Of a stretch of DNA of 64,000 bases, positions 35,600-45,259 are shown in pieces; positions within the stretch are counted from its first letter, which is position 1; every line of letters begins with the position of its first letter. The stretch spans positions 1,705-65,704 of the forward strand of contig JAITGM010000027.1 of the NCBI GenBank assembly GCA_031280685.1, read 5' to 3'. The notes below the pieces were generated by a model that was not told where the DNA came from, searched no databases, and saw only the letters and a program-made list of their open reading frames with translations. This stretch comes from Christensenellaceae bacterium. Its GTDB lineage: Bacteria; Bacillota; Clostridia; Christensenellales; UBA1750. The position numbers and the translations under genes were made by a program.

Positions 35600-36922
35600 A
35601 TGCAAGCGCAAGGCAAAAAACGAGGAAGTTTCGGCTTTTTAAGGGATCCGTTCAGCAAGATGATGCTGCTTTTTGGCATTGAGGGGCTGTGCTTTCAATA
35701 CATGGCCTCGACCGGCATGTTTGGCAACAATATCTTCGCGTCGAACCTGGGCGCGAGCGATGTGCAGATCGGCCTGATTCAAACCGTGACGAATGCGGTC
35801 GCCTTGCTCCTGCTGCTGCCCGCGGGCATCTGGGCAGACAGGATGAAGTCCTCAAAGGGTATGCCGGTGCTGATTTTGTGCTTTTTGGGCGCGATGTACT
35901 TCCTCTATGGGCTCACTCCATGGATGGGCTCGTTCAAGATGGCCTATTTTTTCGCCTTTTTGGGGCTGACGGCCGGGGTTTTGGCCACCTATAACGCGCA
36001 GTGGCAGAGCTTCTTCGGCGATGTGACTCGCGAAGAGGAGCGCAACCGCGTCTACTCCTTCCGCAACCGCTTTATGTTCATCATCGGCACCGCCGCGCCC
36101 CTCCTTTTCGGCCTGATGCTGGCGTGGACCTCGGGGGACGGCAAATTGGCGGTTTTGCAGGCCTTTTACTTCGTCAACGGCGGCGTGGCGCTGCTGGGCG
36201 CCTTCGTGATTTCGCGCATTCGCGGCGGCGAAAGGGCGCCCGAGCGGCTGGCCGCCATGAAGCGCTTCTCGGCGCGCGATGTGCTCGACGCACTCAAGGC
36301 ACTGAGAGGCGATCAGCGCTTTCTCTCGTTCTTTTTGTGCATTTTCTACTTTCATCTGGCCTGGCATACGGACTTTAGCATGTGGTATATCGGCCAGACC
36401 GCCTACTGCGGCCTGGATGAAGCGCAGCTAAGCTACGTCAACGCCGTCACCAGCGTTCTGCAGCTCGCTGCCATCGGCTTTTGGGCCTGGCTCAACCAAA
36501 AAAAGACCGTTCACTTCACCATCCTCTTCGGCGCGCTCGGGCAGGCGCTCTGCCCGCTGGTGATGATGTTTTCGGTCTCGCTGCCCGGGCCGGAGCGGCC
36601 CTGGGTCTTCCTCGGCCTTGCTTCCGTGGCCAACATGACCAATAGCTGCATTCCGCTCTGCCTCGTGCAGATGCTGCTGGCTGTTGTGCCCGAAAGAAAC
36701 CGCGCCCTGGCCATCAGCCTATATACGATGGTCATCACGCTGAGCAACGCGGTCATGCCCTTCGTGGGCGTGCAGATCTACACGGCGCTGGGCGCCGACT
36801 GGCAGGCCTTCTACCAATACAACAGCCTGGTGAGCCTCTGGCGCTTTTCGGCGCTCGGCCTGCTGCTCTGGCGTTACCTTTACATGAAGAAAAACGGCGC
36901 GATCCGCCCGGGGCTGGTCTAG
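35600..36922 (+). CDS. MFS transporter
   Basis: 440 aa with about 12 hydrophobic helices and the WADRMKSSKG loop after TM2, a typical MFS feature. Confidence 0.8.
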   Translation: MQAQGKKRGSFGFLRDPFSKMMLLFGIEGLCFQYMASTGMFGNNIFASNLGASDVQIGLIQTVTNAVALLLLLPAGIWADRMKSSKGMPVLILCFLGAMYFLYGLTPWMGSFKMAYFFAFLGLTAGVLATYNAQWQSFFGDVTREEERNRVYSFRNRFMFIIGTAAPLLFGLMLAWTSGDGKLAVLQAFYFVNGGVALLGAFVISRIRGGERAPERLAAMKRFSARDVLDALKALRGDQRFLSFFLCIFYFHLAWHTDFSMWYIGQTAYCGLDEAQLSYVNAVTSVLQLAAIGFWAWLNQKKTVHFTILFGALGQALCPLVMMFSVSLPGPERPWVFLGLASVANMTNSCIPLCLVQMLLAVVPERNRALAISLYTMVITLSNAVMPFVGVQIYTALGADWQAFYQYNSLVSLWRFSALGLLLWRYLYMKKNGAIRPGLV

Positions 36923-36958
36923 GCTCCGGCGGCGCGCCTGAAAAAGAGGGGGTTTTTG

Positions 36959-37693
36959 ATGAAAACCGGGCCTTCAATCGTGAACGGGCAGGGCTTTCGC
37001 GCGGTGGGCTGGCGGCGCGCCTACGGGCCAAAGAGCGGCCGGGCGATGGATGCGATCCCCGCGTGGTGGGAGGAACTCATGCAGGGCGAAGGGCTAAAAG
37101 AGATCGAAGCGATCTCGTCTTTTCAGCCGCCCCGCGGCCTTGGGCTATGTTTGACGCTGGAAGAGGGCGAGATGGAGTATTGGATTGCCGTGCCGTCAGA
37201 CAAGCCTCTGCCCGAGGGCATGGAGGAGATCCAAATCGCGGGCGGTGCCTGGGCGGTGTTCGACGCGGGTGGGAACCCTTCTGCCATCCGCGAGGTGTTC
37301 GACTTGGCCTATGGGCGATGGCTGCCGGATTCTGGCTTTGTGCGCAGGCCGGGGCCCGATGTCGAGTGCTACGATCTTGCGCCGGACGGCGGCCTGCGCG
37401 TGCAGGTTTGGCTGCCTGTAGAGAAGGGGAAAAGGCCTTCTGAGCTGGAAAGACTGCTCGACGAGGGTGGAAAAATCAAGGTTTGGCCCGCAAAAAAGGC
37501 CGCGCAAAGGCTGGCGCTGGCCTATTTGGCCGAAAAGTTCGAGCTTGGCGGCACAAGGGAGTACAGCGAGCGCGAGGTCAACGCGCTGATCGAGAGCTGG
37601 CATAGCTTTGGGGACTTCTTCCTTTTGCGCCGGGAGCTGATCGATGGCGGCTTCCTCAAGCGGCTGCCCAACGGCAGCAAATATTGGCGCTAG
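36959..37693 (+). CDS. GyrI-like small-molecule-binding domain fused to a DUF2087 domain
   Basis: The N-terminal half carries the GyrI-like/AraC effector-binding pattern (FRAVGW...WW...YWIAVP...GGAWAVF...W LP). The C-terminal half, YSEREVNALIESWHSFGDFFLLRRELIDGGFLKR, matches DUF2087. Confidence 0.65.
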   Translation: MKTGPSIVNGQGFRAVGWRRAYGPKSGRAMDAIPAWWEELMQGEGLKEIEAISSFQPPRGLGLCLTLEEGEMEYWIAVPSDKPLPEGMEEIQIAGGAWAVFDAGGNPSAIREVFDLAYGRWLPDSGFVRRPGPDVECYDLAPDGGLRVQVWLPVEKGKRPSELERLLDEGGKIKVWPAKKAAQRLALAYLAEKFELGGTREYSEREVNALIESWHSFGDFFLLRRELIDGGFLKRLPNGSKYWR

Positions 37694-37728
37694 CCAGCCG
37701 GCGCGAAGGGCGCGTGCCTTTTTTGTGC

Positions 37729-37814
37729 AGATTGAGCCGGTCAATCTTGTAGTCGATGAGCGCAGCGCCGCACTCGTCCTTATTGGGGTTAACCCGGCGG
37801 CAGTGCGATTTCCG
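37729..37814 (-). pseudogene. Degenerate copy of an addA 3' segment (nuclease-motif region)
   Basis: 37729-37790 aligns by eye at roughly 75-80 percent identity with addA 38004-38066. The minus-strand translation is DECGAALIDYKIDRLNL, against EEGVVLIDYKTDRRNL in AddA. The 18-mer GGCGGCAGTGCGATTTCC (37797-37814) recurs at 37864-37881 with one mismatch. Confidence 0.55.
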
Positions 37815-37856
37815 CCGCCGCGTCGTTTGCGCACAACTTATTGATTTAAATTCGCG

Positions 37857-40800
37857 CTAATCTGGCGGCAGTGCGATCTCCACCGCACGGCCTGTTTCGA
37901 AAAGGTAGACGCAGCAGCGCTTTAGCCGCAGCCCGGCCTCGCGCAGGGCTTTGGCATAGAGCGAGAGCTGCGGCCCATGCCGGCCGCGCACGCTTTCTTC
38001 GTCTAGATTGCGCCGGTCGGTCTTGTAATCGATGAGCACTACGCCCTCCTCGTCTTCAAAGAACAGGTCGATGACACCCTGTGCCAGTCGCCCTTCCTCA
38101 AGCCTCAAAACGAAGGGCTGCTCGCGGTAGACCGCACGCGCCTTGAGCACGGCGCGGCCAAGCTCACCCTCAAAGAAGGCGCAAAGCCGGGTCGCGTCCA
38201 CGGCCGCAAGCTGCGCCAGGTCAATGGCTTGCCTGCTTGCAAGGCCGTTTAGCTGCGCCTGAATATTGGCCCTAAGCGCCTCGCCCGTCAGCCCTTTTAA
38301 GGCCGAAAGATTAAAAAGGCGCATCGCGGCGTGCACGGCGCTGCCCTTTTCGGCAGCGTCCATGCCCGCGCCGCCCCTGCGCAGGAAGCGGGGCCGTTCG
38401 TGGATGTATTCCGCGTCGCGCTCGCCCTGCCGGGCAAGTTCGGTGACGGATTCCTTCCGCGCGCCAGGGCCATTTGGGGTAAAGGAAGGGGTTTCGAAGG
38501 GGTTTTGGGGCGTGTTTGGCAGGGGCATCCCTTCGAGCAGCGCGAGGATCTGCTCCAGCTCATGGCGTTCCGCGTCTTCATCCGCCTGGCTCTCTTCCAG
38601 GCGGATATCCCAGGCCGACTCGTCGCCCTGGGCGGCCGAACCAAGGTTCGCCAGATGGCGCAGAGCCGCGGCGTCCGGGTGGCGCAGCAGCGCGGGGCCG
38701 ATGAAGTCCATCATGCTCCTTGGCGCGGCGGCGGGCCCCTGCGCCCACTCCGCGCAGCGCGCGGGCAAGTCCTTGACACAGGCCGAGAGCACCAGCCTGT
38801 CCTTCGGCCTGGTCATCAGCACATATAAAAGCCGCATTTCCTCGGCCCAAAGCTGGCGCTTCTTGCGCGCGGCGAGGGCGCGCTGGGCAAACGTGCCCGC
38901 CTGAATCTGAAGCTTGGGATCGAGGAAGCCGATGGCCAGGCCCAGGCCCCTGTCGGCCAGCAGGCCTGCCTGCGCGGCGCTGCCGCGCAGGTTGAAGCCG
39001 CGCCCAAGCCCCGCGCCGATGACGATGGGGAACTCCAGCCCCTTTGCCTTGTGCACGCTCATCAACCGCAGAACGTCGTCCTTCTGCGAAAGGGTCGGCG
39101 TGTCGCCCTCGCGGCCGCGCTCGCGAAGCCCGCGCGCGAAGCGCAAAAAGTCGGCAAGCGCGTGCTGCGGCCCGTCAAAGCGCCGCGCGCGCAGCACCAG
39201 GGCGCGCAGGTTGGCTTCGCGCGTCCGCCCGCCGGGCAGGGCCAGGCAGCGCTCGATGTAGCCGTTTTCTTCAAGGGCGGCTTCGACTGTGAGCGAAACC
39301 GGATTTTCGCGCGCGAAGCGGCGCAGGGCCCAGAGCCTATCGACGAAGCCCTTGGCCTTCTCGCGCAGCGCCGCGTCCTCGCCGTTCCGCGCATAGAGCT
39401 TCAGGCATCCATAAAAGGGCAGATTTGCTCCCTTTAGGCGGATTTTTGCCAGTTCTTCGGCCAAGAAGCCCCCCACCCCGCGCAGCGCCCCCAAAAGGGG
39501 CAGTTCCTTGCGCGGGTTGTCGAGCGCGGCGAGGTAGTCCAGCGCGCCGGCCATCTCCAGGCTTTCGTATACGCCGCCGCCTGCCTCCGCGTAGGCGGGG
39601 ATGCCCAGCGCGGCCAGTTCCTCGGCGTAATAGCGCACCAGGTTCCTGGGCGAGCGCAGCAAAATTACGATGTCGCGCCAGTCCGCCGGGCGGGTGACGC
39701 CGTCTTCTTCGATGAGGCTGCCGTGCATTTCCAGCGCCAGCCGCGCCACGCGGCGCGCCTCCAGAACGGCGGCGCGTTTTTCCTCCTTGCCGCCGCCCTC
39801 CGCGTTTTCGGCCGTGCTCTCGTGCTCTTCGGCGGGGAAATCGCGGATTTCGGCGCGCTCGCCGGGCGGGGAGACCAGGCTGACGAGGGTCGCGCTGTTC
39901 CGCGCCCACGCCCGGCCCGGGTAGAGTGCCGCATCCGCGTCGTAGTCGATCTCGGCGCTTTCTTTGCGCATGCTCAGCGAAAAGACGCGGTTCACCGCGG
40001 CCAAGATCCCGGCGTTTGAGCGGAAGTTGCGGTTCAGCGCGATGAGCCGGCCGCCTTTTCCCTGCGAAAAGGCCTCGCTGTGGCGAAGGAAGATGCCGGG
40101 CTCGGCCTGGCGGAAGCGATAGATCGACTGCTTGGCATCGCCCACCAAAAAGCGGTTATTTCCCCGCGAAACGGCCTTCAAAATCGCCTCTTGCACGGCG
40201 CTTGAGTCCTGGTATTCGTCGATGAAGACCTGGGCGTAGCGCGCCCGCAGCTCGCCCAAGACGCGCTCATCCTGCAGGAGCGCGAGCGTCAGCCTTTCAA
40301 GATCCGCAAAGTCCACGCCGTTGCTCTCCCGCTTGAGGCGGGTAAATTCCCGATCGAGCCTCAGGCTGAGTTCCCCCAGCGCGCGCAGGGGCTGAATCGT
40401 CTCCACGAGCTTGAAGCGCTCGATCCCGTCCGGCGGCATAAGGTCGAGGGCCGCTGCCTGCGCAGCCTTTTTGTACTCGCCGCGCAAGTCCTGGATCGCC
40501 AGGTCTTCCCCGGTCTTTTCGCCCTTTTTAATCGCCGGCAGGCGCGAAAAGGCGACCCCTTGGGCTTCGCCCCGCTCCAGGGCGCGCAGCAGATCCAGAT
40601 CGCCCTGAATCGCAGGCAAATAGGGGCTTGCGTAAACTTGCGCCATCTCAAGCGCTTGGCGCGCCTTTTGCGCAGCGCCGCGCAGGGCGAGCAGGGCCTG
40701 GGTTCTAAGTTCCTGCGCCCAGGGGGAGCGCTCGGGCTCCGCCGCCCATGCTTCATAGCGCGCGAGCGCCCCGGCCAGCCATTCCTCGGGCCCGGGCTGG

Positions 40801-41315
40801 CTCATTAGGAAGGAATGCAGGCTCGCGGCCTCGGCGCGCAGCTTCGCCATGCTGCCCAGCGGCTCAAGCCGCCCTGCGAAGGCCTCGTCTTCAAAGGCCG
40901 CGTCCAGAGCGTTGTCCAAGGCATTTTCAAAGAGTTCCGCGCTCTCGTCCTCATCCAGGACGCGAAAATCGGCCTCCAAACCGGCCTGCTCAAAGTAGCG
41001 GTCGAGGGTGAGCTTGCAAAAGGAGTCGATGGTCGAAATCGTGGCCAGCGAAAGCCGTTCGAGCCGGGCCTCAAGCTCCGCCTCGGCGCCGCCCAGCTCC
41101 TCAATTCGCCTGGTGAGCCGCTCTTTCAGCTCCGCCGCTGCGGCCTTGGTGAAGGTGACCGCGAGGAAGGAGGCGGGATCTTCGCCGTCCGCGATCAGCG
41201 AGGCGATGCGCTCTACCAGCACGGCGGTTTTGCCGGAGCCCGCCGCCGCGGAAACCAGGAGCTCCTCGCCGCGCGAAAAAATGGCGGCCTGCTGCTGCTC
41301 GGTAAACTTAGGCAT
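37857..41315 (-). CDS. addA: ATP-dependent helicase/nuclease AddA
   Basis: AAAGSGKTAVL, FIDEYQDSS, and the C-terminal RecB-type nuclease motif LIDYKTD. The start at ATG 41315 overlaps the addB stop by 8 nt. Confidence 0.9.
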   Translation of the reverse strand: MPKFTEQQQAAIFSRGEELLVSAAAGSGKTAVLVERIASLIADGEDPASFLAVTFTKAAAAELKERLTRRIEELGGAEAELEARLERLSLATISTIDSFCKLTLDRYFEQAGLEADFRVLDEDESAELFENALDNALDAAFEDEAFAGRLEPLGSMAKLRAEAASLHSFLMSQPGPEEWLAGALARYEAWAAEPERSPWAQELRTQALLALRGAAQKARQALEMAQVYASPYLPAIQGDLDLLRALERGEAQGVAFSRLPAIKKGEKTGEDLAIQDLRGEYKKAAQAAALDLMPPDGIERFKLVETIQPLRALGELSLRLDREFTRLKRESNGVDFADLERLTLALLQDERVLGELRARYAQVFIDEYQDSSAVQEAILKAVSRGNNRFLVGDAKQSIYRFRQAEPGIFLRHSEAFSQGKGGRLIALNRNFRSNAGILAAVNRVFSLSMRKESAEIDYDADAALYPGRAWARNSATLVSLVSPPGERAEIRDFPAEEHESTAENAEGGGKEEKRAAVLEARRVARLALEMHGSLIEEDGVTRPADWRDIVILLRSPRNLVRYYAEELAALGIPAYAEAGGGVYESLEMAGALDYLAALDNPRKELPLLGALRGVGGFLAEELAKIRLKGANLPFYGCLKLYARNGEDAALREKAKGFVDRLWALRRFARENPVSLTVEAALEENGYIERCLALPGGRTREANLRALVLRARRFDGPQHALADFLRFARGLRERGREGDTPTLSQKDDVLRLMSVHKAKGLEFPIVIGAGLGRGFNLRGSAAQAGLLADRGLGLAIGFLDPKLQIQAGTFAQRALAARKKRQLWAEEMRLLYVLMTRPKDRLVLSACVKDLPARCAEWAQGPAAAPRSMMDFIGPALLRHPDAAALRHLANLGSAAQGDESAWDIRLEESQADEDAERHELEQILALLEGMPLPNTPQNPFETPSFTPNGPGARKESVTELARQGERDAEYIHERPRFLRRGGAGMDAAEKGSAVHAAMRLFNLSALKGLTGEALRANIQAQLNGLASRQAIDLAQLAAVDATRLCAFFEGELGRAVLKARAVYREQPFVLRLEEGRLAQGVIDLFFEDEEGVVLIDYKTDRRNLDEESVRGRHGPQLSLYAKALREAGLRLKRCCVYLFETGRAVEIALPPD

Positions 41316-44300
41316 GTTCTTGCCCCCCTTCCGCGAGCGCCAGCCGCATCTTTTCGAGTGCCTCGGCCTTGGCGATTTCGATCGGCCGCTGCGCAAAGCC
41401 AGAAAGGCTGCCGTCCGCCCGGCAGACGCCCTTGTAGTCGCAGTAGGCGCAGGGCTGCGGCCTATCGTCCCTTGAAACCGGGCTCGGGGCGATTTCCCCG
41501 GCGCGCATCCGCTCCAAAAGCTGCCTGAGCTTGTGCCGCGTGAAGGCGCGGATCAGCGCAAAGTCTTCTTCCAGCAGCGCCGAGGCGTTTTCCCGAAGCC
41601 CGCCGTCCTTATTGAACTGCAGGGGAAGAATCCGGCCAAGCTCCTCGGGTGGGGCCATAGCCTCCAGCACTTCCAGATCTTTCAGAACCAATCCCCGCAT
41701 GCGCGATTCCTTCAAAATCGCCTCCTTGGCGGCCTCTTCGGTGTATTCCCTTGCGGTCACGGGCGCGTCGAAGACGCGGAAGTAAAACACCCCGGCAGGC
41801 TTTGCGTTTTCCATGGCGAGCACCGCGTCGAGGTAGACGAAGAGCTGCAGGCGCAGGCCATAGAAGACCTCGGCCAGATCGAGCTTTAAATTGCCCGACT
41901 TATAGTCGATGATCCGGGCATACTTTCCGTTTTTGCCTTCAAAGAGGTCTAGCCTGTCGATCCTGCCCGCCACGCGCAGCATTTCCTCGCCCGAAAGCTC
42001 GATTTCGATCGGGGATTCCTGCTCAAAGCCGAAGCCGGCCTCCTCTTTCGCCGGCAAAAAGCGGCTGTGGCGGAGCTGCTCGGTCAGCACCCGCCCGGCC
42101 CTTCGCAGCGTTCTGCGCATTTCATCCAGCGTGCGCCTGCCGCGCCCGCCCTGCAGCGCCGTGCGGCCTTCGAGCTTTGCCAGGCCTGGCGCCGCGGCCA
42201 TTTCCATTAGCGCGTCGCCCTGCGCCTGGCTCAGGGTGGCAAAGCCGCCGCATTCTGCTGCCAGGGCCACGAAGCCCTGCAGCGCCTCGTGGTAGAGGTT
42301 GCCCGTATCCAGCGCGTCCGCCGCGCGCTCGCGAAGCTCCCTGGGGCGCAGTCCATAGCGCACGAAGTATAAAAAGGGGCAGTGGGCGAAGCTTTCGGCC
42401 CTGGAAACGCTGGTGCGGCTCTCGCCGCCCGCATACAGCCTTCTTGCCAGCTCGGGCGGCAGGCTTTCGGCCCCTTGCGGGCCGAGAAGGCTGCGCCTTA
42501 GCCCTTCGAGCCGTTCGGGCGCGAAGGTTTTAAGGGCCGCATAGGCCGGCGGCATCTCGCCGGGGCGCATCGCAGGGCCGCGCAGCTGCCTTTCCAGCGC
42601 GCGGGCCGCGCCTTCCGCGCTGCCCAGCCAATTGAGCTCATCCCCCTGCAGCCCGCCCTCGAATTCAAGGCCCGGGAAGAGCCTTTGCAGCCGCCCGAAG
42701 AGCGGCGAGGGCGTGAGCGCCTTGCCGTCGGCCGAAACGAGGGGGCAGCTTAGCAGGAGGCATTCTGAGGGCGAAGCGAAGGCCGCGTAGCTCACGAAGC
42801 GCTCGAGCGCCTCGCGCGCCGCCATGCCGGGCAGGAAGAGCCGGGCCTCCCTGCCGGCCTCGTTGATCAGCGCGCGCTCCTCGTCGCGGAGCAGGCCGCC
42901 GTCCTCCCGCGCGGCGGGCAGAACGCCCTCGTTCACGCCCAGAACCACCAGGGCTTTAAGGCCCGGCTCTGCCTTAAAGCGCATCAGCTCCCCGGCGTAG
43001 ACCTGCTCGCCGCCCTGGGGCAGGCCCTTTAGGCGCACGCTTTCGAGCCCTGCGCGCAGCATGGCGATGAAGCTCTTGAGCGGCAGCTCCATCGGCCCCA
43101 GCAGCTCCACCATCTGGTCGAGGGTTTCGACCAGGCGGCCCCAAACCTGGGCGCAGCGCTCGGCCGCGAGCTCGTCGCCGCTCTGCCTTGCGCGCTTAAT
43201 CCGCCGGTTCAGCTTTTGCTTGAGGCCTCCTTGCTCCATGAAGGCGAACAGGGCGGCGGCGCGGGCTTCGACCGTCTTGCCGGGGCCTGAAACCCCTTCC
43301 CGCAGCGCCCGAAGCGGCCCATAAAAGCGCAGCAAGAGCGACTGCGCCCGGGGGGAATCCATGGGGCGCTCAAAGAGCGCGCCGCGCAGCCGGTTTTCGA
43401 GGATGAGAAGCTCCATAAGGTCCTGCTCGGTCTCGGTCAGGGGGGAAAAGCCGGTCTTCAGGCAGCGGATCATCCCCTCCGTCGGCAGGCCGCGCGCGAT
43501 GGCTTCAAGCGCCTCGAGCAAATAGCGCGCCGCCGGGTGAAAGGCGCAGCTCAAGGGTTCGTCCACGAAGAGAGGGAGGCCTCTTTGTGCGAAGGCAGAC
43601 TTCAGCGCCTCGCCATAGGGCGCGAGATCGGCGCAAAGAATCGCCATTTCGCTTGGCTTATAGCCCTTTTCCATCGCAAGGCGCAGCAAAAAGCCCGCGG
43701 CGCGCTCGGCCTCGGCATAGGCATCGTGCGCGGTGGCGATGTGCAGCCCCTCGGGCCGCCCGGCGAAGGGAAGGGCGGGCCTGGCGTAAAGCTCGCGCTC
43801 TAGGTGGGCGAGGGAAGGCTTGCCCGCCGCCCTTGGCGGCAGGTTTTGTTTGCGCCAAAGAAGGCCTTCCGCCAAAACATAGCGATGCAGGCCCTCGTAG
43901 GCGCGGCTCACCGGCGAAAACAGTTTCTCGTCCCGGCCAAAGTCGCCGTCCATCTTGAAGCTGACGCAAAGCCCCTTGCAGTGCCTGGCCAGCGCGCCCA
44001 GGATGCGCACCGTGCGCGGAGGGGGCACGTCAAAGCCGTCCGCAAAGGCGTAAAAGTCCTTTAGCCAGCCGCTTGCGCCCGCCTGCTCGGCAAAGAGGGC
44101 CACGGCCTCGTCACCGTCTAAGTATTTGCCGCGAAGAAGGCCCGCGTAGCCATCCAGAATCGCCGCGATGTCATAGAGTTTTTCCTGGGTGACGCCGACT
44201 TCCAGCCCATCCGCCGCAAGGCGCAGCGCGGTGGAATCCAGCCCGGCGGCGCGGAGTTCCTCAAGCAGCGCGGCCATCCTTGCAACGAAGCCCTCGCCCC

Positions 44301-44619
44301 CGCGCCTAAAGACGCGCAGGCTACCCCTTAATTCTTCAAGCGCGCGGCGCAGCGCCATGGCCCTGCCGGATTCGTCGAGCACCACGCGCGCGGAAGCGCC
44401 GCCCTCCTCGCGCAGCCGGCGCAAAAGGCTGGAAGGCGACAGAACCTCGACCTTCCAGAGCACGGGCAGCCTGCGCGTGAGCGCGAGCTCCATGCTCAGC
44501 GTCATTTGCTCAGGCACCAAAACCAGCGCGCGCTCGCCAAGGCGCGACGCTTCCTCGATCTTGTTAAGCAACAGGGCGGTTTTTCCGCTGCCCGCCCTGC
44601 CGCAAAGGTATTCGACCAT
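41308..44619 (-). CDS. addB: ATP-dependent helicase/deoxyribonuclease AddB
   Basis: N-terminal GRAGSGKT, C-terminal nuclease IIDYKSG, and the Fe-S cysteine cluster CAYCDYKGVCR. Located upstream of addA. Confidence 0.9.
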   Translation of the reverse strand: MVEYLCGRAGSGKTALLLNKIEEASRLGERALVLVPEQMTLSMELALTRRLPVLWKVEVLSPSSLLRRLREEGGASARVVLDESGRAMALRRALEELRGSLRVFRRGGEGFVARMAALLEELRAAGLDSTALRLAADGLEVGVTQEKLYDIAAILDGYAGLLRGKYLDGDEAVALFAEQAGASGWLKDFYAFADGFDVPPPRTVRILGALARHCKGLCVSFKMDGDFGRDEKLFSPVSRAYEGLHRYVLAEGLLWRKQNLPPRAAGKPSLAHLERELYARPALPFAGRPEGLHIATAHDAYAEAERAAGFLLRLAMEKGYKPSEMAILCADLAPYGEALKSAFAQRGLPLFVDEPLSCAFHPAARYLLEALEAIARGLPTEGMIRCLKTGFSPLTETEQDLMELLILENRLRGALFERPMDSPRAQSLLLRFYGPLRALREGVSGPGKTVEARAAALFAFMEQGGLKQKLNRRIKRARQSGDELAAERCAQVWGRLVETLDQMVELLGPMELPLKSFIAMLRAGLESVRLKGLPQGGEQVYAGELMRFKAEPGLKALVVLGVNEGVLPAAREDGGLLRDEERALINEAGREARLFLPGMAAREALERFVSYAAFASPSECLLLSCPLVSADGKALTPSPLFGRLQRLFPGLEFEGGLQGDELNWLGSAEGAARALERQLRGPAMRPGEMPPAYAALKTFAPERLEGLRRSLLGPQGAESLPPELARRLYAGGESRTSVSRAESFAHCPFLYFVRYGLRPRELRERAADALDTGNLYHEALQGFVALAAECGGFATLSQAQGDALMEMAAAPGLAKLEGRTALQGGRGRRTLDEMRRTLRRAGRVLTEQLRHSRFLPAKEEAGFGFEQESPIEIELSGEEMLRVAGRIDRLDLFEGKNGKYARIIDYKSGNLKLDLAEVFYGLRLQLFVYLDAVLAMENAKPAGVFYFRVFDAPVTAREYTEEAAKEAILKESRMRGLVLKDLEVLEAMAPPEELGRILPLQFNKDGGLRENASALLEEDFALIRAFTRHKLRQLLERMRAGEIAPSPVSRDDRPQPCAYCDYKGVCRADGSLSGFAQRPIEIAKAEALEKMRLALAEGGQEHA

Positions 44620-44631
44620 TTTTTACCCCTT

Positions 44632-45102
44632 TTAGGCTTCACAGCCCCCAAAGACCTTCTCGCGGACCGAATCCTCGTCGGCCTCCATGTGCAGGTGCGG
44701 CACGCCCTCGTCAAGATAGGGTTCGCCATAGGGCCAAAAGCCGTATTTTTCGTAAAAAGGCAGCTTATCGGCCTGGGCGCCGAGCCGAAAATGCTTCGCG
44801 CCGGCGCGCAGGGCCTTATCGAGCACCATGCGCATGAGCAGGTCGCCTAAGTGCTTTCCGCGCTTTTCCTTCAGCACGCAAACCCTGCCGATGTGCCAAT
44901 AGCCCTCTTCGTCGATGAAGAGCCTGGCCGTTCCGGCGGGCTGGCCGTCCTCGTCGATCAAGAGCGCGTGCGCCGCGCGCAGGTCGGTTTCGTCCTGCTC
45001 GATTTCGGCCGCAAAGCCCTGCTCGCGCACGAAAACGGCCTCTCGCACGGCGTAGGCCTGGCTCAAGTCCTCATCTCCGCGCAGCCATTTGGCGTAAATC
45101 AT
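44632..45102 (-). CDS. GNAT family N-acetyltransferase
   Basis: Acetyl-CoA binding segment RGKHLGDLLM and the YEKYGF motif. The start at ATG 45102 follows GGAAAGGAA. Confidence 0.8.
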   Translation of the reverse strand: MIYAKWLRGDEDLSQAYAVREAVFVREQGFAAEIEQDETDLRAAHALLIDEDGQPAGTARLFIDEEGYWHIGRVCVLKEKRGKHLGDLLMRMVLDKALRAGAKHFRLGAQADKLPFYEKYGFWPYGEPYLDEGVPHLHMEADEDSVREKVFGGCEA

Positions 45103-45259
45103 TGGCGTTCTTCCTTTCCGCGCGCCGTTTGGCATCGCCCGTGATGTTAATTTCATCCCCGCGGGCAAAAACTCCTGCATAACGGATTGTGCTTTTTGGC
45201 AGGATAGGGTAGAATAGCGGAGGAATCGACAAAACGCGAAGGGAACGAGGTGCCAAGCT

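Noticed and set aside
139-44850. Many long ORFs in the six-frame track run antisense to, or out of frame with, the genes called above. Examples are 139-597, 1892-2554, 2963-3574, 3764-4414, 11262-12233, 22068-22664, 30169-30684, 39337-39909, 40815-41528 and 53629-54231.
   Set aside because: Their translations are Arg/Ala/Pro/Gly-rich low-complexity sequence with no motifs. They overlap ORFs that carry clear family signatures. Long spurious ORFs of this kind are expected in GC-rich DNA because stop codons are AT-rich.
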